DNA of 64,000 nt from Octopus sinensis (lineage: Eukaryota): contig NC_043017.1 in the NCBI RefSeq assembly GCF_006345805.1, positions 14,756,001 through 14,820,000 of the forward strand, read 5' to 3'. The translations under genes were made by a program, and so were the position numbers. Below are positions 12,535 through 25,064 of this stretch, piece after piece. The number at the start of each line of letters is the position of its first letter. Position 1 is the first letter of the stretch. The notes beneath the pieces are model-generated. The model made no database searches. It was not told the origin of the DNA and worked only from the letters and a program-made list of their open reading frames with translations.

Positions 12535-13053
12535 CTCTTCTATTTTTTAATTATTATAAATCTTCCACTGAGGAGGGAGCCGGTTTCCAACAAAGATACA
12601 AGGCTCCATGTTTGGGATGTATTTAACTCAGACAAATTCACATTTGGAACTTGAGAAAAGGCTTGCATATTTTTACCGTTCCACTCACAGACTGCACTTG
12701 TAATGTACGAATCAGCTGGCCAATTTCTCTTTCTGAGAATCCCAGTTTATCCAGATTGTTCTTTAAGTATTTACTAACAAAACCTAGGCTCTAATTATTA
12801 TTGGTACGAATATGAATTCAAAGTCTGGATATAGACGCTGGAGGTTTCGAAGCAGAAGAGATGTTTATATCTGCAGGGCAGCTGGCCTCTATGATTGTGC
12901 ATACCTTTGCCCTTCTGTCCCAAACAACAATATTCGGCCTGTTATGTTAACATTTGACAGAAGTTTTGATGGGAATATTTCACCAATATTCTTTGAGTTG
13001 GTGTTTATCAATGTATTCCATAGCAGAGGGGTTTTCTAAGGTTATTTCAGGAC
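12535..13053 (-). mobile_element. 5'-truncated RLE-type (R4/Dong/NeSL-like) non-LTR retrotransposon 3' end
   Basis: Minus-strand translation: EYIDKHQLKEYW*NIPIKTSVKC*HNRPNIVVWDRRAKVCTIIEASCPADINI...LQRLYPDFEFIFVPIII...YLKNNLDKLGFSEREIGQLIRTLQVQSVSGTVKICKPFLKFQM*. This matches a PD-(D/E)xK restriction-like endonuclease C-terminus. Confidence 0.82.
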
Positions 13054-13108
13054 AGTATGTATTGTATGTATGTATATATGTATGTATGTGTGTATGTATG
13101 TATGTATG

Positions 13109-13140
<32 letters not shown>

Positions 13141-13270
13141 AATGTATGTATGTATGAATGTATGTATGTATGTATGTATGTATGTATGTATGTATGTATG
13201 TATGTATGTATGTATGTATGTATGTATGTATGTATGTATGTATGTACGTATGTATGTATGTATGTATGTA
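13054..13270. repeat. (TATG)n microsatellite
   Basis: Directly visible; it abuts the 5' truncation point of the RLE LINE. Confidence 0.95.
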
Positions 13271-14148
13271 TGCCTAAGTTCAGTGGAATGAACAAGAGAA
13301 ATATAACATACAAGTTTTTTTCTAATTCAAAATTAGCAGAATGTTGCAACAGTGACTGGAAGGGCGAATGTTTCGTGTTTGGTACGTCACTTTCACATGC
13401 GCCTTGGACTAAACTCTCGCCATTTGAGCCGCTGTTATAACTTCCCGAAAATTAAAAATAATCAAATACATGCATACATACATGTATGTATAAAGATAGA
13501 TAGATGGATGTATAGACAGACCGATAAAAGGATAGATAGAGTGACAGACAGGTAGACAAATGGATATATATATATATATACACACTCACAGGTATATGTG
13601 TACGTGAGTGTGTGTATAAGTGTGCATGTGTGTTTGCATGGGTGCTCAGAACACTGTGGATGTAAACAATGGGTCTAAATGTAAAATAAACAAGTCCAAG
13701 GAACCAATGTAGAATGGTAAGTAATGGTTTTCTAGCAGGAGATTACAATCGACTTGAGATATTTGTCCTAGTTTAAACTTGCTGCAAGCTACAGCAGCAG
13801 CAACACTGACAACAGCACATACAACAACATACACACAAATATATGTACTGATAGAGAGAGAGAGAAAGAGAGAGACAGAGAGAGAGGGGGGAACAAATGA
13901 AACTCGAAGAGAGTGAAAGCCTTTGCATTAGGGAAAGGGATATTGTGCGTGTGAGCCGAGGTAAGTTCCGTTTTCTTAAGTATTGACATGTTGCCGCAGG
14001 GAAAGAGAGAAAAGATGGGAACCGAACGAAATAGCTAAATACTATTTACCTGTTCTGTTGTAAATACCTGTAAGAAAAAAAAAACCTACGATCTATATGA
14101 AAACACATTCAGATCTCACACCACCATTCTACTGTACGTGTGTGTATC

Positions 14149-14187
<39 letters not shown>

Positions 14188-14327
14188 ATGTATATATGTA
14201 TATATGTATCTGTAATCGTTTATTTGGAGGAAGCCAAAATAAAAATAATCTTTCTCTCCACTGTATTGAGTACATTTTCTCTTATTCGATGTAGACAATA
14301 TATACATACAAACGCATATGTGTGCGT

Positions 14328-14375
<48 letters not shown>

Positions 14376-14559
14376 TGTGTAAAGAAATACATATGGTTTT
14401 GTATATACTATCTATCAACCTACGTATACATACGTAAATATGTGTATGTATTCGCAGAGTATTTCTCCAGCGTTATCTTCTCAATCTAGATATTGTTATT
14501 CCATTAAGCCAACACTTTTTCACAGTTTCTCATTATCTTTATGAAAATATCCGTTTTTA

Positions 14560-14890
14560 TGTGGATGGTGATGCAGACCACATCACTACCGCTACTATTA
14601 ATATCATCATTGTTATCCCATCACCACCACCTCATCTACCATCCTCATCACTATCATTATCATCATCACCATTATTATCTTCATCGTCACCATCACCACT
14701 ACTGCCATCATCTTCATCGTCACCACCACCACCATCATCACCATCATCATCATTAACATTACCATAATTACAATACTAATTTTCATCCTTCTCAAAAGCA
14801 TAATTATCAAAATGATAATTATAATCCTTATCCTTATCACATTCATCTCACCCATCATCTCACCCTTCATCCTTTCCTTTTTCCTCATCA
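14560..14890. repeat. Degenerate (CAT/CAC/TCA)n trinucleotide repeat
   Basis: Directly visible; it explains the His/Ser/Met-rich pseudo-ORFs. Confidence 0.9.
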
Positions 14891-15302
14891 GCCATGCTAC
14901 TCCTCCTCTTCAATACACTTATTGCTTCAATAACCCACAACCAATAAGCAAACCCACGCCGTTCAGCCTACAAATGCAAATCAGACGATTGATGAGCAGA
15001 ATTTATGAACCTAAAAATGTAGAAAACGAGATGAGAAGTCCTGAAAGTTTTATCTGTGTTTCTATATCGGGACTTCCATGTTGGAATCTGTCATCTCGTT
15101 GGTTAGAAACTAACATATCATTCATTGATTGCAATCTGTTTGTTATCTCATTGGTTTGATTGGTTAAGAACTACTGCCACCTTTGTGTTTATGGCGTTTT
15201 ATAGGGAAATTTAACAGGTCATCGATTGAAGAGATTCAAAAGTGGTTTTACCTTTTCAAGCATATAATAATAATAATGATAATAATAATAGTATAGTATA
15301 AA

Positions 15303-15775
15303 GAATGGGCTACAGCAAATATTCTGCTCAATCCCACAGATTTGCTTGTCAGTTGTTTGACCGTAACCAGTTGAGCATGTCCTTTAGTGGCTGACGATAT
15401 GTGCATCTCTGATCATGAGCAGAAGTAGTTGGGGAGCATCATAGCCATGTGTCGAGAAGGATTCTTTGGGGTTTGAATAATTCACCTCTGGAAACATGGA
15501 TGTTTCGTTCAACTTCCTTAAACAGGGACCTTTTGAGCGGGATGTGTTACTCGATCAGAAGAAAATTCTAACTGGGTCCCACTTGCAAGGTCATGCGCTG
15601 TTTATCTTAATATGAGATCACAATGTCACGCACATATGGTTGTGATGCATGTGCCTGGTGTACCCTTATCAGACGGGTAGTCATGATGGATATACTGGGC
15701 TTCGTATATTTGTACCCCAATGATGGCGCATGCACTGCTCTCTCACTCAATAATGATAATAATAATAATAATTAT
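15303..15775 (+). mobile_element. Interspersed retroposon (SINE or LINE 3' part) ending in an (AAT)n tail
   Basis: Sequence (ggctacagcaaatattctgctcaat...gatgggtagtcatgatgg...ctctctcactcaataatgataataat) resembles a recurrent octopus repeat from memory, and has a simple-repeat tail. Confidence 0.55.
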
Positions 15776-15811
15776 TATTCTTATTCTTATTATTCTTATT
15801 ATGGTTATTAT

Positions 15812-15812
<1 letters not shown>

Positions 15813-15863
<51 letters not shown>
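15813..15863. repeat. (TAG)n microsatellite
   Basis: Directly visible, immediately 5' of the R4/Dong-like LINE. Confidence 0.95.
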
Positions 15864-15864
<1 letters not shown>

Positions 15865-15884
15865 AAAAAGTTGACTGCTATATA

Positions 15885-17772
15885 TTGAACAGAAAGAGAA
15901 GCCGCAGAATGAAAATTCAGATGTTAATTGAAAAAGTAATCGTCACAAACTGCAAGAGAAGACATACAAATCTGGGTATGGCATGGATGGATCGTCGTAA
16001 GGCATAAGATATGATACCATGCACTTGGATAACAAAAACTGTGGAATTGTATGGAGTAGCAGAAAATAAGAGATGTCTTATATGGAATAGAAAGAAATGT
16101 TGGAGAACTGAATTGATTGGCAGAGAATCTAGTATTAAGAGAAGCGAATATAAGGAGAGGAATCTTCCAGGTGGACAGTATCTCTCCACCAATATTTGTG
16201 CTGGGAATTATCGCCTTCATTGAAATACTGCAGAACACAAAAGTGGGGTGTGACCTGGAAAGTGATAATGGAAATCGTAACTATCTGCTATTCATGGATG
16301 ACTTACAAAAGAGAGGCAGAACTGGACAGCGTAATCCGGTCTGTGCAGATTTTCTCAGATGATATCAAGATGGTGTTTTGACTTTCAAAATGTGTTATGA
16401 CGGCGATGAGACGAGGAAAGCTTGTCAGGACAGAAGGCATATGGTTGCCAAGTGGTGAAATGATGAAGGCAATTGGACCTCAATCCAGATATTAATACCT
16501 GGGAATACTTGAGGCAGTTGGAATTAAGCATAATGTTATGAAAGGAAATAAAGAGTACCTGCGGCCATTGAGAAAAATATTGGTTCCAAAGTTGAATATC
16601 AGAAACAATTATGGCAAAACATTTTGCACTGTCGCAGTGGTTCGGTATGTCACTGGGATTCTGACGTGAGCAGAAGAGGAGCGAATGGAGTTGAAGAGGA
16701 AGACAAGAAATTTAACAATGCATGGATCCCATCATTCACGTGCAGATACTGATCGCTTATACAGGAAGAGGACAAATTGAGGAAGGAAACAGATAAGCGA
16801 GGAAGACTGCGTAGGTAAGGAACTTGGGATCTTACTGAGACACTTGTGCCAAAGTAAGGAAACCTTGCTAGTGTCAGGAATGAAGGAATATTGAAAGCAG
16901 AGAAAAAAGCTAAAAACAAAACAAGAAGTACAAAAAGGACATGAAAAAGCACCACGTGATAAGGGACAGCACAATCAATTCCATGTAGCCACAACCGAAG
17001 TTGCTGGAAAAAATAGGTGGGACCGGCCGAAGAAAGGAAGGCTGAAAAAAGAAACTGAGGACACCATACTGGCAGCAGAGGACAAAGTTTTGGCCACAAA
17101 CTGGACACAACCTGGACGGTGAACCTCAAGAATGAGCAAGTGTCACCATTGTGCTGAATCTAATAGAGTGAACGAAACTGGCCCATTTCGTGAATGAATG
17201 ACTAGACTTGTCCAGAGCCATAAGCTGAGGCAGCGAAAGTGCTACATTGGAAACTGAGTGAAAAATGGGGTCTAGATCGAGGCAAGACGTGCTGTGAGCA
17301 TAAACCGCAGAGAGTGGCAGAGTCGGAAACCTGCAAAACAGATCAGGTCCTAGAGCATAAGAATCCAGATTTAGTGGTAGTAGACAAGGTGAACACAAGT
17401 TGTCTATAATTGATGTTGCGTGACCCATTGACACACGAATAACCAAGGAGGAAGGCAAAAAAAGGACATATACAATCCTATTAAATATGAAATAGACAGA
17501 CTAAGGAAAATGAAGGTGAAGACTTCAAATTATTGTCAGATGTTAGGGATCAGTATCAGAAGGCATCAAAGGGAATATAAAGGAAATCGGTATAGAGTGC
17601 CCAGTAAAGCTGTTACGAAAGGTTTGCTTTCTTGGCACGGGCAAAATAATCAGGAAAGTATTAGACAGTTCAAAAGAACAGATGGTATGAAACGGCAGAC
17701 TGCAGGTAGCAAGCCCGCTACGCATGCGAGACTCCAGGAGTTCCAACAAAACCTGAGTAAAAAATGTTAATA
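15885..17772 (+). mobile_element. Decayed R4/Dong-clade LINE (RT, Cys/His knuckle, RLE), 5'-truncated
   Basis: Frameshifted translation: NCKRRHTNLGMAWMD..KA*DMIP..WI; RRGIFQVDSISPPIFV; YLLFMDDL (FMDD at 16291-16302); FSDDIKMVF; YLGILE; GRLKKETEDTILAAEDKVLATN; KCHHC; RLE tail ...YNPIKYEIDRLRK...IIRKVLD. Confidence 0.9.
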
Positions 17773-17777
17773 ATGGT

Positions 17778-17962
17778 TACAAATTTTGGCACAAAGCCAT
17801 CAGTTTCGATTATATCAACCCCAGTGCTAAACTAGTACTTATTTTATCAATCCTAAAAAGATGAAGGGCAAAGTCGACCTTGATGGAATTTGAACGCAAA
17901 GATGGGCTATTCGCCGCTAAACATTTTGCCCAGCATGCTAAAGATTCTGCCAGATCGCTGCC
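17778..17962 (-). mobile_element. tRNA-derived SINE
   Basis: Minus-strand head GGCAGCGATCTGGCAGAATC...GTTCAAATTCC; same family as 55318-55540. Confidence 0.75.
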
Positions 17963-17971
17963 TATATGATA

Positions 17972-18183
17972 TTAATCCTTTCTACGATAGGCCCAAGGCC
18001 TGACATTTTGGAGGAGGAGAATCGATCAGATCAACCTTAGAACTTCCCTGGTACTATTTTTTCGGTCCCGAAGGTTGAAAGGCAAAGGCGTCCACGGCAG
18101 AACTTGAACTCAGAACATAAAACAGGAAGAAATGATGATAAGCTTCGTGCCCGACGCGCTAACCATTCTGCCCGCTCTGTACC
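17972..18183 (-). mobile_element. tRNA-derived SINE (second tandem copy)
   Basis: Same family motifs (gaaaggcaaag, gaactcagaac, gctaaccattctgcc). Confidence 0.7.
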
Positions 18184-19563
18184 TTCGTAATCCATCTAAC
18201 CAAGGAATTTATCTAGAAAGCCATTTATAATTTATAGAAATGGATAGATACAAAATTGTTTCTGTTAGAAGATGGATATATTGCTGCTTTCCAGAAAAAT
18301 ATCAATCCTGGAATTAGTAAATACATTTAGGCTATTCTTACGCGGAATATGTCGACTTTGAACACGTTTGTTAAATTTACACGAAAGAGGGGGTGGATAT
18401 GATTTCAGGAAATTTAATTGCTAAAACTATCAGGGTGGAACAACCAAATAAACTCTCCATTACTGGCTTGTTATATAAGAAACCATAGTTGTAAGAATAC
18501 AAGAGAAAGAAGTCAATCTACAGTAACGCAAATTTATTTGTTAGAAAGAAAGGTTAATGTTGGGTTATTATCCACGTTCTCATCGGTTTGGTTTCTATGA
18601 CAAAGAGGATGTGACTATTTTATTGACAAATGTTGCATATTGTAACATGGGTGAGATGGGATAATCTTTCAGTTCTGAAAAATTCAAAAGCTTGAAAAAT
18701 CAGTTGATTATTGAAGAAAGATTTATTAATTCTGGATTCAGTAATTAAAGTTGGATACAAAGTAGGAGATATATGCTAGCCTGGCATTGTTGCAGAAGTT
18801 AAATATGGCAGAGGTAGCAAAATTGTAAAAACGTTATATACTTAAATATAATTTCATAAAGATAATCATTTCTGTTGTCTGTCTCACTGTTTTAGAATTG
18901 AATGCGTTGAACCCTGAGAAGGAACGTTCGAAATTACATGCATCCTTTTCTACAGAGATGGAAAAGTGTTGAAGGAGGGGGTTGGTCAGTAATCTCTTCT
19001 CAGAAAACTGATATTACTGGAACCGTTCCAGAAGGAACCAATGTGCCGTACAACACAGAACGGAAACAAAGAATAAAGAATCGATTCTAGCTCTCCGTTT
19101 TCTTGAATAAGATATCAGTTTATGGAGAGAGAAGAACAGAAGTGTTGTGGTTTATTCCCATCAAACAAATTCCACCACCAGCTCTCTACACCCTGAAAGA
19201 ATAGTTTCAGTTTCACTTTGGTAGATGAGATGACCATATTTATAATTTTTTACAATAATTACAGCGTGTATACAAACATACATACATGCATATCGATGTT
19301 TTTGGGAGAATAATGTAAATTATTCCCAACTGGATGAGATAAGACATGTTTCTCGATACTGCGGAGATAAAATGTTATCGTTCATTTGTTTATCACAAAC
19401 GCTGAATGTAACCTTGACACTTCAACTTGAATAATTGAGCAAGAAAAAACATACACACACACACACACACCTTAATGGCGTGGTGTCATTTGTATTTTGA
19501 ATTCTGGTTGAAGAGTGTAGATCTCTGTCAGCTGGAAAACTTGGGTACCAGAGAAGTAAAAAA

Positions 19564-19607
<44 letters not shown>

Positions 19608-20090
19608 AATTGAAGAACCAAAAATAGGCCCATCATATGTGTTCCTCTATATATAACGTGTGGGTTTCTACGTATTTGTTAATATCAACACATGCTTGTT
19701 CGTGCGTCGAAGGTATTTTGCTTTCTTTAAAGGCAGTTAAATGTTAGCGACTGAAAGGGCAGCTGTCTACAAAGCAACACCTCAATATCAAAGTCACCCG
19801 AGCCATGCTAGTATGGGGAAACTAACGTAAAATTGAACGAAGGTGTGGGTGTACTGTATATCATATTAAAAAAGAATCTATTTAAATAACTCTTGGACTT
19901 GTTACTGAAATGGTCAAATTATACGTTTCTGTAATAAATACTCATCGTCAACTGGATTATATATAATCTTCAATGTTTTCATATTAAGCTGCTGTGTTTA
20001 TAGTTAACTGCGTCTTAAAACATTTTGATATATTTTCTCATCGAAATTTATCCCCCCCCTCTCCCTCTCTCTCTCACGCACGTACATTGA

Positions 20091-20300
20091 TTTCAAATTT
20101 TGGTACAGGATCAGCAGTTTTGGGGGATAGGGTCAGTCGATTACAATGCCCCCCCAGGGCTCAGCTGGTACTTATTTTATCGACCCCGAAAGGAGGCAAG
20201 TAAAATCTACCTCGGCGGAATTTGCTCACAGAAAAGATGGACGAAATGCCGCCAAACATTTTGACCGGTGCGCAAACGATTCTGCCAGTTGGCTGTCTTA
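20091..20300 (-). mobile_element. tRNA-derived SINE
   Basis: tcaaattttggtacagg...ctggtacttattttatcgaccccgaaagg...ggcggaatttg...gattctgccagttggctg. Confidence 0.75.
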
Positions 20301-20530
20301 CCTATATAAATAGAGGGACTTGTTTAAATAGACAAGAATTACTGCGATATATATATATATTTTTTTTGTTTCAGCTCAGAGCTGCGGCCATGCTGATGCA
20401 CCGCCGTTTTGTGCTACACTGTTATTACTAAGAGCCTCTTCTAATATGTGGCACCTGGTGAATAATGGAGTTTGATATAGCTACCCTCATTTGCACCTCT
20501 TGCCGTGAGGTAGGTTCATCTGGGACTCTC

Positions 20531-20598
<68 letters not shown>

Positions 20599-20980
20599 AT
20601 AGAAGAGATACCACAAAAATAATTGGTTAGTGTTTAGATGAGCGTCCGTACATTACAGAGAATCTTTATAAAGGCCGCAACGTATAAACAAGCTGTCAGG
20701 TGTTTGTGGGTCAATGATTTGGTTTGTAACATCAAGTTATTAGATTTTAGTATAAATTTAGTGAATCCATTGTGGGTTGTGACTCAGGAGAGAGTTAACT
20801 AGTTCTTTATTTTGGTAACTTGCATGTAATGGCTTCTGCTGGAGTTATTCTGGAGTCGAATAAAATAGAGCTGCACTGGGCAGTTGTAAATCGGAGATGT
20901 TTAAATATATATCCAGACTGTTTTGATGCTATTCCTATTTACGGAACTGCGACAAAATAACTCGGTACTTTATATATATA

Positions 20981-21055
<75 letters not shown>

Positions 21056-21389
21056 ATTTGCATCTATCAATCTGCATATATTTAGAGATACACACACAAC
21101 ACACACACACACACAACACACACACACACATATATATATATATACATACATATATATATAATATATACATACATATATGTATATATAATACATACATATA
21201 TATACACATACATATATATACACATACATATATATATATGTATATATATATATATACAGAGAGAGAGAGAGAGAGAGGAAGAAAGAGATACGAATGGATG
21301 TAAGAAAAAACAAAATACAGATAAAAAGCTGGCGATAGGCATATGTATATAATATATATATGTATATATTATATATATAATATATATAT

Positions 21390-21436
<47 letters not shown>

Positions 21437-21829
21437 GGAGCAGCGGATGGATAGCGAGAAGTACTATGACAAATAGCAAAGTAGACAGAGAGGCTGAGAA
21501 CTAAAGACACGAAGAATAAAATCAAGTAGAAGAAGGTAAAACATAAAAATAAGAAATGTTGAATGGAATCCATTAATTGTTTAAAGAGAGGAAAATTTTG
21601 AAATATGTATTTAATGGGATTAAGTATTGATTAAAGTTAGGTGAGTGTCCCATTTGTTGAATCTTGGTATTCCTTGCGGGGAAAAGACGAGAATAGCAGT
21701 TCCAATCTCCTCAGCGTTTCATTGAAATGCGATTGAGGAATATTGGAACGTACGCGAACACTTGAATGCCCGTTTGCCTATATTATGTATATATGTATGT
21801 GTGTGTGTGTCTCTCTCTCTCTCTCTGTA

Positions 21830-21840
21830 TAAGCATGCTA

Positions 21841-21879
<39 letters not shown>

Positions 21880-22304
21880 TATTTTTGTATATGTATGTTT
21901 GCATTTGGATATTTATATACATACTCATATAATAAAGGAAGTGAAATGTATGTATGTATGTATGTATATATATATATATATATACATACATATATATATA
22001 TATATATACATACATATATATATATATACATACATATATATATATATATAATATATACATACATATATATATACATACATATATATATATATATATACAT
22101 ACATATATATATACATACATATATATACACATACATATATATATACATACATATATAATATATATATACATACATATATATATATGTATATATACATACA
22201 TATATGTATATATACATACATATATGTATATATACATACATATATATATATATGTATATATACATACATATATATATATGTATATATACATACTATATGT
22301 ATAT

Positions 22305-22335
<31 letters not shown>

Positions 22336-22442
22336 ATATATATATATATGTATATATACATACATATATATATATATGTATATATACATACATATATATA
22401 TATGTATATATACATACATATAATATATATAGTATATATACA

Positions 22443-22490
<48 letters not shown>

Positions 22491-22509
22491 TATAATATAT
22501 ATACATACA

Positions 22510-22573
<64 letters not shown>

Positions 22574-22645
22574 CTCATATAATAAAGGAAGTGAAATGTA
22601 TGTATGTATGTATGTATGTATGTATATATATACATACATACTTAC

Positions 22646-22678
<33 letters not shown>

Positions 22679-22692
22679 TACTTACATATATA

Positions 22693-22749
<57 letters not shown>

Positions 22750-22775
22750 CATGCATACATACATATATAGACGTC
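21830..22775. repeat. ~0.95-kb compound (TA)n/(CATA)n microsatellite with a duplicated unique interruption
   Basis: tactcatataataaaggaagtgaaatgtatg occurs at both 21922 and 22572. Confidence 0.9.
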
Positions 22776-23399
22776 TATATCCTCAAATAATGGACCTGAC
22801 TGAATGCATTCAGCTCTATTCATTTCTTCTGTCCCTTTTACCCTGCCATTTCGTGTATTGAATAGAATATGTAACGCTGTATGTATTTGCATTTTACAAC
22901 TATTCCTGTTTGTGTCAGTGTATATACTCATATTTGTGCGCATGTATACCACCGATTCATATGCTAAACACTATATACTGCGAGTTGCAATCTAACCACA
23001 CTCTTCAGCGACGGGGTAATGATCAATGATGAGCTTTTAATTTAAAGCGAAACACTGGGGCGGCTATCTCCCCTGTCAGTGCATAGTCATGTACTTCTTT
23101 ACGGCCCAAATGGCTTTTAGCTCTTATTTCTAGCACCGTCAATCATAATTTGTGACAAATGATATTTTTCATTTATTGGTTTTATACAGCTTATAGTCGC
23201 CTTCTTCGTAGTGTTATATATATATATATACTAGCATTATGACCCGTCGTTGCCGGGTCATAGTGCTAGTGCATGTATATATGTGTACATATTACATGTA
23301 CATCTATATATACATCTACACATAAAATACAAAATACAAAGTTATATCTTGATATCGTTAGTGATAACAATACTCAAAATATATAACAGACTGGAATTG

Positions 23400-23930
23400 T
23401 AGGCCCGTCTCTTGCAATTTCGATCAATTGTATCTTGTCCTCCCTCTTGTATAGAAGTGTGGCTACAATCCAGCCTTACTCTACTTCGGGGGGGGGGGGG
23501 GCATTTTCAATTTTTATCTGGGACGTCCTACGTCCCAGATATAAAGGTGAAAATAAAATATTTCGACTTTGCAAGGTTCGAGTCAAGTACTCCCTTGCAC
23601 GCTCCGTTGACTCGAACCTTGCTTCTATTGTGGCGAATTTACCGCCTCTACTTAGATATATTTCATAGTCGCACCAATACACTTTTCGATGGTGCCCTCC
23701 TCCAGGTGTTCAAATCTTTTTTTTTTCTCTACATTGAATACTTTATAGAAAATAGTCTTTTCTTTAATTTAATTTTTTATTTCGTTTGGTGGTGTTATCC
23801 TAGATTCACCGTCTTTGTCGGTGATCAATCCGAAATAAGTTTGTATTTCTTCCAATTTAATTTCAATGAGTTCGTGCCCGCCGACGGCTGCAGCGAAATT
23901 CATTTTTGAACTTTCTTCTATCGAAGGCAT
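23400..23930 (-). pseudogene. Degenerate LINE ORF1-like (RRM-type) coding fragment inside the Helitron
   Basis: Translation with stops and a frameshift: MPSIEESSKMNFAAAVGGHELIEIK...KEKTIFYKVFNVE...KCIGATMKYI/LSRGGKFATIEARFESTERAREYLTRTLQSRNILFSPLYLGRRTSQIKIENAPPPPEVE*GWIVATLLY. The ORF1 assignment is from recalled pattern only. Confidence 0.5.
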
Positions 23931-24485
23931 TCTTACAAAAATGCTTCCGTGTAAACAGTGAAAATATTGTCAATTTCCCCAAACAGGGACACAATTCAAT
24001 TTTTGAACAATAACCAAAGCTCCTCCTCCCAAAGGGGGAGGGTTACAGTTTACAATTATTTAACAAATGCAACACAACAACGTTGCCCTTACGAGGGACC
24101 AACAAACGTGATAACAATAGTTAACAGTAATAATAATAACAACAAACCTTACGGTGAATCAAAAAGCAGTACGCAGTTGAATCTATAGTCCTTTATGTAT
24201 AATAGTCCATCTGGACTATTCCATTTCTGCACGCTAATTTTATTTTTAATTTATACCCATTCATGTGAAACCACTTATTCAAGTTCAAGTCATTGATGCA
24301 ATTTTATACTAATTGCTATTTTTACATTTGTTATGTTATGATTATATTATACTTTAGTTTGATTTTAATTATTACTTACTACATATAATTCAATTGTTAT
24401 TATTATTTTTATTGTTAAAGTGAAAGTATCTGACATAAAATAGAGAAATGTTTTTGTTTGACTTTTAACACATAATACTGAAATA

Positions 24486-25064
24486 GTGGAGAAGATATGA
24501 TATTGCTATGTGCCCGCCCTAGGCAAGAAGTTGAACATCTTTTCCCCATGAAACTACATGGACCCTAAGTAAGGCATGCGTAAAATTTGAATGAAATTGG
24601 TTGTGTAGTTCACAAGTTTTAGGGAATCGTAGTGGAGAAGATATGATATTGCTATGGGCTCGCCCTAGGCAAGAAGTTGAACATTTTCCCCCATGAAACT
24701 ACATGGACCCTAAGTAAGGCATGTGTAAAATTTGAATGAAATTGGTTGTGTAGTTCACAAGTTTTAGGGAATCGTAGTGGAGAAGATATGATATTGCTAT
24801 GGGCTCGCTCTAGGTAAGAAGTTGAACATTTTCCCCCATGAAACTACATGGACCCTAAGTAAGGCATGTGTAAAATTTGAATGAAATTGGTTGTGTAGTT
24901 CTCAAGTTTTAGGGAATCGTAGTGGAGAAGATATAATATTGCTATGGGCTCGCCCTAGGCAAAAAGTTAAAAGTTTTTTTGCCGATGACACTCCCCGGAC
25001 CCTAAGTAAGGCATGTCTAAAATTTGAATGAAATTGGTTTCGTAGTTCTCAAGTTTTAGGGAAA
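24486..25064. repeat. Four copies of a 145-146-bp tandem repeat inside the Helitron
   Basis: Units start (gtggagaagatat) at 24486, 24632, 24777 and 24922. Confidence 0.95.

Noticed and set aside
13898-13966. ATG-initiated 21-codon first exon ending CCGAG|GTAAGT
   Set aside because: It is a lone donor next to a GA repeat, with an unrecognisable peptide.
20290-20330. Minus-strand TATAG|GTAAGA recursive-like site
   Set aside because: It coincides with a SINE 5' boundary and has a weaker tract.
21719-22770. Long ORFs (up to 306 aa) over TA/CATA arrays, also at 34050-34964 and elsewhere
   Set aside because: YI/CV/HT dipeptide runs are translations of microsatellites.
24486-25064. Tandem array as a CRISPR
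   Set aside because: It has contiguous 145-bp units with no unique spacers, in a eukaryotic context.
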